Shown: positions 51,500-62,583, counted from the first letter of the stretch. The stretch: 64,000 nt of DNA from an uncultured Acidobacteriota bacterium (GCA_963804995.1 CAWDSK010000003.1:1568001-1632000); one strand, 5' to 3'. The notes: generated by a model not told the origin, from the sequence alone. Translations and numbers: made by a program.

Positions 51500-53074
51500 T
51501 CACTTCGCAGTCAGCCCTTGCGTGGGGACCGTCCAATCGTCGGTGCGGAAAGGCGGCGTGGGCAATCCCGCCTTATTGTAAAGACTGCACTGGGGATCGT
51601 CCGCCCAGGCGTAGCGCGCGGCCACGGGTTTCGGGACCTGGGGGCTCGAAACCACCACGACATTGCCCTCGATTTTCGCTTCTGCGGCGACGAACTTCTG
51701 GTCCTCCCCAGCCACCTCGAATCCCCCCAGCTTCGCGCCGTGCATCACCAAGCCTCCGCCCACGTGCGTAAAGCGCAGGCGCAGAGTTTTCTTCTCCACA
51801 TTCAGAGACTCAAAGGTTGGTCCCATGTATTCCACTTTGCGTCCGTAAGTGACAGCTTCCGCCGCCAGGGCCAGCCGGCGTCCGACTTCCTGCTTGTTCT
51901 TGGGATGAATATCCTGCGATTCGCCGATATCGGCAGCCACCGCCATCCCGGTTTTCGGCAGCGCCAGGGTTTTGGTTTGCGATTCCCGGACCACCGGCCA
52001 CGTGCCCGGCGGATTCACCAGGCCGTAACTCGCGAGTTGGACAAACAGGAACGAGGAGTCCGGCTCGCCCCAGGCTCGCCGCCAATCCTGAATCATGGTC
52101 CCGAAGAGTTTGCGGTACTGGTAAGCAAACGAGGCATTGGACTCGCCTTGGTACCAGATGGTTCCCGCAATCGCATAAGGCGTGAGCGGAGCAATCATGC
52201 CATTCCACAGCCCGAAGGTCCGCCAGGGATTACTGCGCGGGTCACGGGGTAGGGCGGGGAGAATCACCGCTGGCTTTCCGCTGACCTCAGCCTCCTCTGA
52301 AGACTTTTCCGCCTCCGCCAAATCCCTCTCGTAGGTTTCAAGAAGACGGGGATACTCGGCGATCTTCTGATGCCACGATTCCACCAGCGGCTTGAGCTCC
52401 GTGTCAGCTTGGAGAGCCGAGTCGCTCGTCCAACCCTCGGCCGGTGTGCCGCCCCAGGAGCTTGCGATCAGCCCCACCGGCACGTTGAGCGCCCGGTGCA
52501 AATCGCGGCCAAAGAAGTAGCCCGCCGCCGAGAAGTCTCCAACCGTTTGGGGGCTGGCCTCGACCCATTGGCCCTTGACGTCAGTCTGCGGTTGGGACGA
52601 CAAGGCGTGAGCCACCGTGAAAAGATGGATCTTGGGGAAGTTGCCCGCCGCGGCTTCCTGGTCAGCATTCATGACGCCGCCCCAGGCTCTGGGAGGATCG
52701 TTCTTGACGGCCATCTCCATGTTGGACTGGCCGGAGCACACCCAGACTTCGCCCGCCAGCACGTTGTGGAGGGTGAGGGTGTTCTTCCCCGCCACAGTCA
52801 TCTCCCACGGGCCGCCCGCCTGGAGAGGACCCAGCATGACCTTCCATTGACCGCTCGAATCAGCGGTGGCCGTCTGCTTTTGTTCCCCCAGACTCACCGT
52901 GACTTGTTCGCCCGCGTCCGCCGTCCCCCAGATCGCCACCCGCCGGCCTTGCTGCAACACCATGTTGTCGCCGATTAGCGCCGGCAATCTCACGTCGGCG
53001 GCTGCCGTTGTGACTCCCAGCAAGGCAAACAATCCAGCATACAATCCGGCCAACAGAAGCCGCTGCCCTTGCAT
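51500..53074 (-). CDS. Sialate O-acetylesterase (SASA)-family protein
   Basis: GDNMVLQQ, GEVWVCSGQSNME, WYQGESN, DIHPKNK, PFRTDDW; start may be 53134. Confidence 0.92.
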   Translation of the reverse strand: MQGQRLLLAGLYAGLFALLGVTTAAADVRLPALIGDNMVLQQGRRVAIWGTADAGEQVTVSLGEQKQTATADSSGQWKVMLGPLQAGGPWEMTVAGKNTLTLHNVLAGEVWVCSGQSNMEMAVKNDPPRAWGGVMNADQEAAAGNFPKIHLFTVAHALSSQPQTDVKGQWVEASPQTVGDFSAAGYFFGRDLHRALNVPVGLIASSWGGTPAEGWTSDSALQADTELKPLVESWHQKIAEYPRLLETYERDLAEAEKSSEEAEVSGKPAVILPALPRDPRSNPWRTFGLWNGMIAPLTPYAIAGTIWYQGESNASFAYQYRKLFGTMIQDWRRAWGEPDSSFLFVQLASYGLVNPPGTWPVVRESQTKTLALPKTGMAVAADIGESQDIHPKNKQEVGRRLALAAEAVTYGRKVEYMGPTFESLNVEKKTLRLRFTHVGGGLVMHGAKLGGFEVAGEDQKFVAAEAKIEGNVVVVSSPQVPKPVAARYAWADDPQCSLYNKAGLPTPPFRTDDWTVPTQGLTAK

Positions 53075-53247
53075 AATCCGCAGACCCCAGGCGGCCCGGT
53101 AAATCCTATGAATCAAACTTGGTCGAGTTCTCATCGATAGCACCTTTCCATTGCAATGATGGCCTTCGTTCGGGAGGGATACTACCACCGCCGCCTATTC
53201 CCAGGCCAGAAGCTCGTGCGACTCCTAAGGTTATGCCGGAAGATGGT

Positions 53248-53695
53248 TCACAGTGCCTGCTCGTAGAGCGCCGCCATGTCGGCCTCGGTGCACGGGCGGG
53301 GATTCAATTGGTGGCAAGCATCTTCCATAGCCTTCTTCGCCAGCGCCGGAATCATCTCGTGCGTTACCCCGAACGCGGCGAGGTGCGAGGGAATGCCGAC
53401 TTCGTCGAGCAGCTTGGGAACCCGCGCAATCACCACGCCGGCTGCTTCTGAATCCTGTTGGCGCGCGACGTCAAGGTCCATAGCCAGGGCCAAGTCGCGC
53501 AGGCGGCTTTCCGAACACGCGCGATTGAACTCCAAAACGTGGGGTAGCAGGATGCCGTTGGTCGTGCCGTGATGTAAATTGGCAATGCTCGAAAGAGGAT
53601 GAGCAAGTGAGTGCACAGCGCCCAGGCCCTTCTGAAACGCCACCGCGCCCATGATGGCCGCCATCATCATATTGTTGCGCGCATCGAGATCGCTT
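53248..53695 (-). pseudogene. Iron-containing alcohol dehydrogenase, C-terminal part only
   Basis: GAVAFQKGLGAVHSLAHPL...HHG..NG; NPR; a GAGGAG RBS abuts the fragment without the N-terminal domain. Confidence 0.8.
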
Positions 53696-53817
53696 GATCT
53701 CCTCAAAGGTCATAGAACACCAGTAAGAACAGTGGTTAGTGGCTAGATGAAGGCAGTAGTTAGCGGTTGGTGGTTTGTGGCGAGTCATTAGCCACTGGCC
53801 ACTAACCAATACCTAGA

Positions 53818-55308
53818 TTATTCCAGCGAGACCCAAACCGATTTGACCTGTGTGTAGGATTCGAGCGCGTGTGGCCCCATTTCCCGGCCGAATCCACTCT
53901 GCTTGTAGCCGCCAAAGGGCGAGCTGCTATCAAAGCAGTTGTAATCGTTGATCCAAACCGAGCCCGCCTTGATCTGCTGCGCCAGGCGATGCGCAGTGCC
54001 GATGTCACGTGTCCAGATCGCAGAGACTAGACCGTAAATTGTGGAGTTTGCGATCTCCGCCGCTTCTTCAGGGTGGCGAAACTTGAGCGCTGCGAGCACC
54101 GGGCCGAAGATCTCTTCCTGCGCGATTTTCATCTGCGGCTGCACGTCCGCAAATACGGTGGGCTTCACGAAGAAGCCACGGGCCTTATCGCCCTCCGAGT
54201 CGCGCTCGCCCCCGGCCAGGACGCGCGCGCCTTCGGCACGACCACTTTCGATGTAAGCCAGCACCTTGTCTAACTGCGCTTGGCTGATCTGCGACCCCAT
54301 TTGCGTGGAGGGATCGAGAGGGTTGCCAACTCGCATCTTCCGGGCCCGCTCCGCCAGGGTGCCAACGAATTCATCGTAGATTTTCTCGTGCACCAGCAAG
54401 CGCGAGCCCGCACTGCACACCTCACCTTTGTTGGCATAAATCCCCCAGAAGGCGGCTTTCGAGGCGCGCTCCAAGTCGGCGTCAGGAAAAACGATGTTGG
54501 GGGACTTTCCTCCCAACTCGAGCGACAGGCGCTTCAGGTTGCTTTCGCCGGAGGCTTTCAGCAGGGCCCGCGCGGTGCGCACGCTCCCCGTGAAGGCAAT
54601 CTTATCGACATCCATGTGGCGGCTCAGCGCTTCACCCGCTGTCGGACCGTAACCGGTCACCACGTTCACCACGCCCTCCGGCACGCCCGCCTCACGGCAA
54701 TACTCGGCGAGCCTAAAAGTCGTGAGCGGCGTCATTTCCGAGGGCTTGATCACCATCGTGCATCCCGTAGCCAGCGCCGGGGCCACTTTCCACGCGGCCA
54801 GCAGCATGGGGTAATTCCAAGCCGTGATCATGCCCACCACACCCACGGGCTCGCGTAGCGTGTAGTTCAGGTAATTGCCATCGACGGGAATCGTTTCGCC
54901 GTAAATCTTACGCGTCCAGCCGGCATAGTAATAAAAGATATCGGCGGTGGGCGGAATATCACCGCGCAGTGCCTCGCGAAAGGTTTTGCCGTTGTTCAGC
55001 GACTCGAGCATTCCCAGCTCTTCCTGGTTTTTCTCGATCAGCTCGCCGATGCGCCAGATAATGCGCTCGCGCTTGGAAGCGTTCATCTTGCGCCACACGC
55101 CAGTTTCAAAGGCATGACGCGCGGCCTTAACGGCGCGGTCCACGTCCTCCGCGTTGGCATCGGGTACGGTAGAAAGCTCTTCCCCAGTAGCAGGATTCAT
55201 GACTGGGATGGTTCGCCCACTCACTGAATCCGTCCACTGACCGTTGATGAAGAGCTTGTACGGTTTTAGACCTTGCTTGATTGTGGTGGCATCCATGGCT
55301 GGCTTCAC
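53818..55308 (-). CDS. NAD-dependent aldehyde dehydrogenase
   Basis: WNYP, FTGS, LELGGKSP, GEVCSAG, EEIFGP, PFGGYKQSGFGRE. Confidence 0.96.
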   Translation of the reverse strand: MKPAMDATTIKQGLKPYKLFINGQWTDSVSGRTIPVMNPATGEELSTVPDANAEDVDRAVKAARHAFETGVWRKMNASKRERIIWRIGELIEKNQEELGMLESLNNGKTFREALRGDIPPTADIFYYYAGWTRKIYGETIPVDGNYLNYTLREPVGVVGMITAWNYPMLLAAWKVAPALATGCTMVIKPSEMTPLTTFRLAEYCREAGVPEGVVNVVTGYGPTAGEALSRHMDVDKIAFTGSVRTARALLKASGESNLKRLSLELGGKSPNIVFPDADLERASKAAFWGIYANKGEVCSAGSRLLVHEKIYDEFVGTLAERARKMRVGNPLDPSTQMGSQISQAQLDKVLAYIESGRAEGARVLAGGERDSEGDKARGFFVKPTVFADVQPQMKIAQEEIFGPVLAALKFRHPEEAAEIANSTIYGLVSAIWTRDIGTAHRLAQQIKAGSVWINDYNCFDSSSPFGGYKQSGFGREMGPHALESYTQVKSVWVSLE

Positions 55309-56531
55309 CCCTCAGAGCTCGTTGTGACAGGAGTCTCCGCAATGTTCCAGGCGGGTTTGCGGATTTCATGCGGTCCGGTAAAGTGATGGAACGCGAAAAG
55401 CACGATTAACACGACTGCCAAGCTGATCCCCGCCTGAGTATTGGGAGGCATGATCATAACGATACAGATGACAACTGTCCAGACCAGCGCCAGAAGGTTG
55501 ATCAAGTTACTTCGCCGGCCCAAGTGCCACGGGCCGCGCTTGTCAATCCACTGGGGCTTTCGCCTCCGTCCCAAATACACAGGAATGATATACGCCAGAT
55601 AGCAACCCACCACGCTGAGGGAGGTGACGACGGAATACGATCCACTGTAAGCAAGCAGGGAGTTTCCGGCTGAATCTTTGGCATTGAGTACTCCCGATAT
55701 GCTGGGGATCGCCCTAGTCAACGAGAGGATCAGCAGATAGCCGAAGAAACCCGACACGACCACGGACAGCACGATTCCCCACGGCGCCCGGCGTCGCGGG
55801 TCGAGGGTTTCTTCCGCCACGTGGGCCGAGGCGTCATAACCGGTGTAGGTCCACGCCGCCTGGAGCAATCCAAGCAGGAAAAGCCAAGTATAAGGGGCAT
55901 GGATTGTGCTCGAGGAAACCCGTGCCAGCAAAAAACTCACTGGCGGTTTGGGAGCGAAAAGCCATAGGGCGCCGATCAACACGCCGACACCCAGAATATG
56001 CACCGTGACGCTGAGATCGTTGAGCCGTGCCACCCAGCGAATGCCGTAGTGATTGATAAACCCGTGCGAGGCCAGCAGGAACGCGTAAGTGATTAACAAA
56101 ACCAGATTCGTCGACCTTACCCCGAGGATTGGCAGCAGGAACTGCGCGCAGCCAAAATCGATGGCCGCCAGGGCTGCGACCAGACCCACAATATTCAATA
56201 GGGCCGTGAACCATGCCCAGGTGGGACCGCCCAGCTCTGCCGACCAGTGATAGGTACCCCCGGAAGTGGGCAGCGCCGAGCAAAGTTCCGCCATGCTCAG
56301 GGCGACCGTCAGCGTTCCTACGGAGGCCACCGGCCAGCCCAGGGTCATTTCCAAGGGACCGCCCATCTGGAGGCCGTAGTCAAACAGCGTGACGGCGCCG
56401 GTGAGAATCGAGATGATGGAGAAGGAAATGGCAAAGTTCGAAAACCCGCCCATGCTGCGCAGCAGTTCCTGCGCGTAACCAAAACGCTTGAGTTCGCGGG
56501 CATCGCGTTGCGCCTGTAGTTCCCGACTCAT
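55305..56531 (-). CDS. APC-superfamily amino acid/amine permease, probably with an in-frame internal deletion near 55660
   Basis: GYAQEL.R.MGGFSNFAISFS, MAELCSALPTSGG, YTGYDASAHVAEET; the usual SR..AFARD segment is absent. Confidence 0.8.
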   Translation of the reverse strand: MSRELQAQRDARELKRFGYAQELLRSMGGFSNFAISFSIISILTGAVTLFDYGLQMGGPLEMTLGWPVASVGTLTVALSMAELCSALPTSGGTYHWSAELGGPTWAWFTALLNIVGLVAALAAIDFGCAQFLLPILGVRSTNLVLLITYAFLLASHGFINHYGIRWVARLNDLSVTVHILGVGVLIGALWLFAPKPPVSFLLARVSSSTIHAPYTWLFLLGLLQAAWTYTGYDASAHVAEETLDPRRRAPWGIVLSVVVSGFFGYLLILSLTRAIPSISGVLNAKDSAGNSLLAYSGSYSVVTSLSVVGCYLAYIIPVYLGRRRKPQWIDKRGPWHLGRRSNLINLLALVWTVVICIVMIMPPNTQAGISLAVVLIVLFAFHHFTGPHEIRKPAWNIAETPVTTSSEG

Positions 56532-56756
56532 GCTGGGCGGCGTCACGTTGGCGTCCCATCCCTTTCCCTGGAGCTCTTGATCTCTTGGTTGTTGCCCTGT
56601 CGATGTGGACTGCCATCTTAAAGTTTTGCTGCGAGGGGCGTCAAGGTGGAAGTGGGCAGGGGGCGCCTTGTAGCCCGGGGGCATGCGTGATAAATACAAG
56701 GCGCTAACGCTGCCGGTCTGGCGGCGCAGCGGAATCGCTACTCTCGAGGTGCCATC

Positions 56757-59138
56757 ATGCGCGCGGCTTCCCGCCTTCTCACCTATGTGCTCTTCGCCAT
56801 CATGTTGCTCGCAGCAGTTCCGGCGAGTATTTCGAACTCGCAGACGGTCAATCCCGCATTGCTCGCCGAGTTCTGGAAGGCTCGATGGATCGCCCATCCC
56901 GATGGGCCTCCGCGCGAATTTGGGGTTTTCCATTTTCGCAAGACGTTCACGCTGGCTTCGGCGCCGCCGCACTTTGTCATCCATGCCAGTGGTGACAACC
57001 GCTACGAGCTCTTTGTGAATGGGGTTCGGTTGCTGGAGGGGCCGGCACGCGGCGACCTGATGCACTGGCGCTATGAGACGCTCGACATCGCGCCACAGCT
57101 TCACGCGGGCAAGAACGTACTGGCAGCGGTAGTGTGGAACTACGCCGAATTCGCCCCCATGGCGCAGATGATGAACGAGACTGCATTCCTCGTCCAAGGT
57201 GACGGCCCTGAGGAAGAAGCAGTGAACACCGACGGTTCTTGGAAGACACTCAAGGACCACTCCCTAATACCCATTCCATTCAACCCGCGAAACATGGGCG
57301 CTTTCTTCGCGGCGGGTCCGGGCGAACGGGTGGATGCCTCCCGGTATCCATGGGGTTGGGAAAAGCCCGAGTACGATGACTCGGCATGGGTCGCTGCGAC
57401 TGTGGTGGCAAGCGCCGTCGCCCGCGGCGCCAGGGATAGCGCCGCCCGCTGGTTGTTGATACCCCGCAACATTCCCCTAATGGAAGAAACACCGGAACGC
57501 CTTTCGCGCCTGGTGTGGTCCCAGGGGGTGGAAGTGGGGGAAGCTTTCGTGCACGGCGGCGCGCCTATCACAATTCCCTCCAATTCGCGCGCCACCCTGC
57601 TGTTTGACCAAGCGCATCTGACCACAGCATACCCGGAGCTCCTGGTGAGCAGCGGGCTCGGTGCGGAGATTACCCTCACCTACGCGGAGGCGCTCTTCAA
57701 GAACGGCCAGAAGGGTAATCGCAATGAGACCGAGGGCCGTGAGATTCGGGGCTATTACGACCAGTTTTTGCCGGATGGCGGCGAGCATCGGCTGTTCCGC
57801 TCGCTCTGGTGGCGGACCTACCGCTATCTTCAGGTGGACGTCACGACGCGATCGGAGCCGTTGGTGATTGAGGACCTCAAAGGGGCCTACACGGCCTATC
57901 CATTTGAGCTGCGGGCACAATTTTCGAGTGACGATCCCGAGCTCGAAAAAATGTGGGAAGTGGGCTGGCGCACAGCCCGCCTTTGCGCGCACGAAACCTA
58001 CATGGACTGTCCTTACTATGAACAATTGCAATATGGGGGCGACACCCGCATCCAGGCCCTGATTTCCCTGTACATGGCGGGCGACGATCGCCTGGTGAAG
58101 AATGTCATCGAAACGCTTGACGAATCACGCACCCCGGAAGGCCTGACGCAGAGCCGTTACCCTTCGTGGCAGCCGCAATACATCCCTGAGTACTCCCTTT
58201 CCTGGATTGAAATTATGCACGACCTTTGGTGGTATCGAGGCGACGCGGATTTCCTTCGAGGTTATTTGCCAGGGGCGCGCAATGTGCTGCTTTGGTTTGA
58301 GGATCGTCTGGCGCCCTCCGGCCTCTTGGGCCGGCTGGATTGGTGGAACTTTGTCGACTACACTCGCGCCTACAGAGCGGGCATCCCACCCCTGGAGGAG
58401 AACGGCCAATCATCGATCCTGAGCCTTCAGTTTGTCGAAGCGTTGCGGGCGGCCGCCGACCTTGAGTCGGCTCTCGGCAGCTCGCAGCAGGCGCAACAAG
58501 AGCGTGCTTTAGCCGCAAAGATCAGCGCGGCGGTGTACAAAACTTGTTGGGACCCCGTCCGGCATCTGCTCGCTGACACCTCCGCGCGCAAGAACTTTAG
58601 CCAGCATGCCAATATTCTTGGCATCCTCGAGGATGCCATCCCGCCCGGCGATCAGGCCGCGGTGATGAAGACGGTGCTGAGCGATTCCTCTCTCACTCCG
58701 GCCACATACTACTTCCGGTTTTATCTGTTCCGCGCCATGAAGAAGAGCGGTTTCGGCGATCAATACCTCAGCCAACTCGGCCCCTGGCGGGGGATGCTGG
58801 CGCTGGGGCTCACCACGTGGGCGGAGATGCCAGAGCCCACGCGCTCGGACTGCCACGCCTGGAGCGCGCATCCAAATTTTGACCTGCTGGCCATCGTAGC
58901 CGGAATTGAGCCTGCCGCCGCCGGTTTCCGCGAAGTCGCGATTCGTCCTCAGCTTGGTCCACTCCAACACCTCAAGGCTGCCCTCCCGCACCCTGAGGGG
59001 ATTATCCAAGTGGCATACGAACGCCATGGGAAAGGATTGACGGTGGAAGTGGATATGCCCCAGAAATTGAGCGGTTGGTTCTACTGGGGAGGCACGCGAA
59101 CCGCCCTTCACGGCGGGCATCAACATTTGGTGTTCTAG
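56757..59138 (+). CDS. GH78 alpha-L-rhamnosidase
   Basis: Signal peptide; DCPYYEQLQYGGD, GLTTWAE, SDCHAWS. Confidence 0.92.
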   Translation: MRAASRLLTYVLFAIMLLAAVPASISNSQTVNPALLAEFWKARWIAHPDGPPREFGVFHFRKTFTLASAPPHFVIHASGDNRYELFVNGVRLLEGPARGDLMHWRYETLDIAPQLHAGKNVLAAVVWNYAEFAPMAQMMNETAFLVQGDGPEEEAVNTDGSWKTLKDHSLIPIPFNPRNMGAFFAAGPGERVDASRYPWGWEKPEYDDSAWVAATVVASAVARGARDSAARWLLIPRNIPLMEETPERLSRLVWSQGVEVGEAFVHGGAPITIPSNSRATLLFDQAHLTTAYPELLVSSGLGAEITLTYAEALFKNGQKGNRNETEGREIRGYYDQFLPDGGEHRLFRSLWWRTYRYLQVDVTTRSEPLVIEDLKGAYTAYPFELRAQFSSDDPELEKMWEVGWRTARLCAHETYMDCPYYEQLQYGGDTRIQALISLYMAGDDRLVKNVIETLDESRTPEGLTQSRYPSWQPQYIPEYSLSWIEIMHDLWWYRGDADFLRGYLPGARNVLLWFEDRLAPSGLLGRLDWWNFVDYTRAYRAGIPPLEENGQSSILSLQFVEALRAAADLESALGSSQQAQQERALAAKISAAVYKTCWDPVRHLLADTSARKNFSQHANILGILEDAIPPGDQAAVMKTVLSDSSLTPATYYFRFYLFRAMKKSGFGDQYLSQLGPWRGMLALGLTTWAEMPEPTRSDCHAWSAHPNFDLLAIVAGIEPAAAGFREVAIRPQLGPLQHLKAALPHPEGIIQVAYERHGKGLTVEVDMPQKLSGWFYWGGTRTALHGGHQHLVF

Positions 59139-59227
59139 GGCACCCCTTTCGAGACTTGAAGGAGATTAATTCAAGACGGAAGTACGTGACCGCAATCGTG
59201 CGGCGACTTCGTGGGAGTAGAAACGAT

Positions 59228-60085
59228 TCACCGCGAGGCCGACAACCTTGCCCGTTTCGGGGACTCCCGCGTGTCAGCTAAAGGCTTCAGCGCCGTGATT
59301 TTTAATAGCACCGGGATGACCTTGCCGCCGCTGATGATTTCCATATGCCCATACTGAGAACGCAGGAAAAGCAGCCGGGCCCGAGTTTCGCGAGGCGTGA
59401 AGGTAGAAGATGTTTCAGGAATGCTGCGCCGCCAAACTGTGCCAGGCGTGCGGCGTGCAAAGCGATTGGATCGCCGGTAAGTGTCATACGCCACCAGCAC
59501 CATGCGATGTGACTTCCCTCTGGCTGGGGTACTAAGCCAAGCACGGAAATCATTCTGGCCGCCATACAGGCCATCCAGGAGGATCACGCACTGAAGGCGC
59601 GGTTCACGCAGCCAAGGCAGGATGGTGCGAAAGGCCCCGCTGTGACCTACCACCACCACCGGCCCCGGCGGCAGGCGAAAGGGTGAATTCTCGTTAACCA
59701 CGCGCAGCAGAGCACCGAGCGACTCCCAGGAAATTCCGTCATGGATCGACTGCGGCGCCTCCGGAGCGATGAAAACCGCATTCCGCCCGCTCGCTTGAAA
59801 TTGCGCTGCCAGGTGATCCTCCGTCCAAGTTTGATCGACGGAAGTGAAAAATCCGTGCACATAAACAACAATACCGGCCGTGCGCGGGTCATAGCCGGCC
59901 GGACGCCACACATGCACGGGGCCGTGCTCGGTTTCCAGACGCGCCTCTTCACCTTCGCTATCCGGCGCCTGAGGGGTTTCGGTCTGCTCCTGCATTGCAC
60001 GGTTGTGGGCATATGAACTGGGGGCGACCCCTAGCGAAGCGCATACCCATCCCGAGAATATTAGGATCGTGACAAACCATTTCAT
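59228..60085 (-). CDS. Secreted alpha/beta-hydrolase-fold hypothetical protein
   Basis: VVYVHG, VGHSGA, LLDGLYG, terminal H; ATGA-coupled to the upstream gene. Confidence 0.75.
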   Translation of the reverse strand: MKWFVTILIFSGWVCASLGVAPSSYAHNRAMQEQTETPQAPDSEGEEARLETEHGPVHVWRPAGYDPRTAGIVVYVHGFFTSVDQTWTEDHLAAQFQASGRNAVFIAPEAPQSIHDGISWESLGALLRVVNENSPFRLPPGPVVVVGHSGAFRTILPWLREPRLQCVILLDGLYGGQNDFRAWLSTPARGKSHRMVLVAYDTYRRSNRFARRTPGTVWRRSIPETSSTFTPRETRARLLFLRSQYGHMEIISGGKVIPVLLKITALKPLADTRESPKRARLSASR

Positions 60086-61338
60086 GATTTGGTAAGCGGG
60101 GCGCGGCGAGTGACCAGTAGATGGACGGAACCCTTCGAATCCACATAGCCGTACCGGAAGTCCAACTTGCGGTGCGGTTGGTGCGCCCACAAATCCTTGA
60201 ATTGGTCGTTATATTCGTCGCTGGGGCAGCTATCAAAGCACATGGCGCCTTGGAAGCTCCCATAGGTTTCCTGGACAAACCCAGCTTGGGTCGCAAATTC
60301 GGGAGGGATTCCTGAGCTATCGGAAACCATGAACTCCATATTCACCAGCAGGTAATTGCGAAGACGCGAAAAGAGGGGATTCCACAGGCAGTAGCTGCCA
60401 GCCTTTGTCATCGCCGCAACGCGGCCCTGCCGCTCAAGATAGCGCAGAATAGGGGAGTTCTTTCTCAAGTAATCGTTACGGAGATTGGCCCCAATGTGGC
60501 GATGGATGCGCAGGGGGCCGTTGCTCCCGAGGGGGCGGAAAACCAGCTCCGAGTTTGCGAACGCCTCCGAAAAATCCGGTGAAGTCCAATCCCCGTGCCG
60601 CCGCTGCGCCAAACGGTTCTCCAGCGCGTGGATCTCCTCCACCGTGTAATAATGCAGCGAGCCATCCGCCTCCACATGAAAATACCGCAGAGAAACGGGC
60701 TCGTACCCGTGTACGGCAAGCCCCACGAGGAAGTAGGTGAGTTGTCCAGGCAGGTCGCCCTGCTGGGTGGCCGCAAGGCTACTGCTAGTGCTGTCGTTTG
60801 CGGCGAGGAGCCCGCCCACGTTCCGATCGAGGAAGTCCAGGCTGTCCTCAAGACGTTTACTATCAATTTTAGTAATACCCCGTGGATCGCCGGAGAGCTC
60901 GAGCGAGAGTGTGGTTATTTCGCGAGCGTCAGGAAAAGTGGTCAGGGCCGAAAGCAGGTCGCCCCCGCCGAAGGGGTAGACCACCTTGTCGGGCACGGGA
61001 TTGGGCAAAATACCTGCGAAGAAAGGTCTGGCGCGCGCCAGGTACTGGCGCCGATAGCGCTCCATACGGGGGTTAAGCAACTGGCAGTGCTTCGCGACGA
61101 CTTGGGGATCCAGGTTGGCATGTAGCCGAGACTTGCCGCCGCACGCCACAACGCGATAGAGGAGTTGCGCCTCGGCAGCAAAATCCTGGCCGGACGGACT
61201 GGCGGCCTGCCCCGCTTTCGCCCCGAGTGGCAAAAGTGCGATACCCAGCGTTGCCAGGAGGGAGGCCCGCCCCGCGAGCCAAGTTAATTTAATCCGAGGT
61301 CCCAAACCTTCCCATCCACGCTGCGGAGCCCTGGGCAA
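60082..61338 (-). CDS. Hypothetical secreted protein (start uncertain)
   Basis: Long ORF with a signal-like segment; VVYPFGGGD, TKAGSY, DSSGIP, FRYGY. Confidence 0.75.
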   Translation of the reverse strand: MPRAPQRGWEGLGPRIKLTWLAGRASLLATLGIALLPLGAKAGQAASPSGQDFAAEAQLLYRVVACGGKSRLHANLDPQVVAKHCQLLNPRMERYRRQYLARARPFFAGILPNPVPDKVVYPFGGGDLLSALTTFPDAREITTLSLELSGDPRGITKIDSKRLEDSLDFLDRNVGGLLAANDSTSSSLAATQQGDLPGQLTYFLVGLAVHGYEPVSLRYFHVEADGSLHYYTVEEIHALENRLAQRRHGDWTSPDFSEAFANSELVFRPLGSNGPLRIHRHIGANLRNDYLRKNSPILRYLERQGRVAAMTKAGSYCLWNPLFSRLRNYLLVNMEFMVSDSSGIPPEFATQAGFVQETYGSFQGAMCFDSCPSDEYNDQFKDLWAHQPHRKLDFRYGYVDSKGSVHLLVTRRAPLTKS

Positions 61339-61349
61339 TAGCGCCAGTG

Positions 61350-62567
61350 TTAATAGATTTCAAAACTGCCAGTTGAGATTCGATTGCCGTTCACATACAG
61401 TTCCACCTTGTACCAGCCCGGCTTCCAATTACCTGGTTCCTTCCAACCCCGGCCAAAGTTGAAGACCGGCTTAGTCCATGTCGGCATTGCATAAGTATTC
61501 ATGTTCTGGTTGGCAAAAACCGTACCATTGGGATTGTACCAGATCGCGTTGATGCTGAAATCCACGCGGGCGGGTATAGCCGGGCAGGCAAGGTCGAGTT
61601 CCCAATTCATGTAGCGTGCGGTACGGTGATCAATACGGGTTTGGTAGGTACGCTTCGACAACTCTGGAGTATCGTAGCCCGACTCGAAGAACTTCATCTC
61701 TTCGACACGCGCTCCCGCAATCGGGAAATTGGGTAGAGTGCCAACCGCCGGAGTGACAACCGGGGGAGGAGGGGCGACTGGGGCGCTGACCGCTACGGCC
61801 ACGGTGGAGGTACTCACCCCGCCGGGACCTATAGCCGTGAGCGTGTAGGTCGTGGACTCGCGCGGCGACACCGTTGTCGAACCCGATGCCGCCACCTTGC
61901 CGACGCCCGGCTCAATGTCCACGTCGGTCGCGCCCTGTGAGGACCAAGTCAAGGTAAGCGACTGGCCGGCCACAATCGAGGTGCGATCCGCGTAAAGTGA
62001 GACCGTCGGCTGACTGGCCTTCGGGACTAAGGTTACGAAAACCGACTGGGGTTCACCTGGCGTGATCCGGATGGTGTTTTCCCAGGATTGGTAACCCACC
62101 AGAGAAACACGCAGGCGATAGTTGCCGGCGGCCAGTCCGGACATGCTGAGTTCCCCGCTGGTACTGGTCATCCCCTTGGGTTCGTCGTTCAAGTAGACCT
62201 GAGCCTCGCCGGGTTTCGATTGCACCTTCAGAATCCCGGCGCGGCCTCGCTGCGGCTGGTCGGGCGGCTGGGACTTGGAGGCCTTGTTGAGCGCATCGAT
62301 CAGTTCCTGCGTGGCGCCGCTGTCCCGAAACCTCTTTTCCAACTCGTCGAACATGCTGAAGGTAATTCCGTCTTCGGAAACGATTTGGGCGATACGTGAG
62401 CTTGGCACGCCGCCCTGCAATAATTCCATGACATCTTTTACGGCGAGTGGCTTCCCTGCCTTTGCGGGAACGGCTAGGAAGGCAACGGTAAGTAAAACCA
62501 AACACCACCGCCCTAGGATTTTATATCGCGCTGAAACTCTGGAACCATGGTTCGGGTTTTGGGGCAT
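61350..62567 (-). CDS. PEGA-domain secreted protein with Ig-like repeat
   Basis: VQSKPGEAQVYLNDEPKG PEGA; LTWSSQGAT..TTYTLTA Ig-like segment; C-terminal domain shared with the neighbour. Confidence 0.85.
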   Translation of the reverse strand: MPQNPNHGSRVSARYKILGRWCLVLLTVAFLAVPAKAGKPLAVKDVMELLQGGVPSSRIAQIVSEDGITFSMFDELEKRFRDSGATQELIDALNKASKSQPPDQPQRGRAGILKVQSKPGEAQVYLNDEPKGMTSTSGELSMSGLAAGNYRLRVSLVGYQSWENTIRITPGEPQSVFVTLVPKASQPTVSLYADRTSIVAGQSLTLTWSSQGATDVDIEPGVGKVAASGSTTVSPRESTTYTLTAIGPGGVSTSTVAVAVSAPVAPPPPVVTPAVGTLPNFPIAGARVEEMKFFESGYDTPELSKRTYQTRIDHRTARYMNWELDLACPAIPARVDFSINAIWYNPNGTVFANQNMNTYAMPTWTKPVFNFGRGWKEPGNWKPGWYKVELYVNGNRISTGSFEIY

Positions 62568-62583
62568 GGCTTTTCCAAACACC

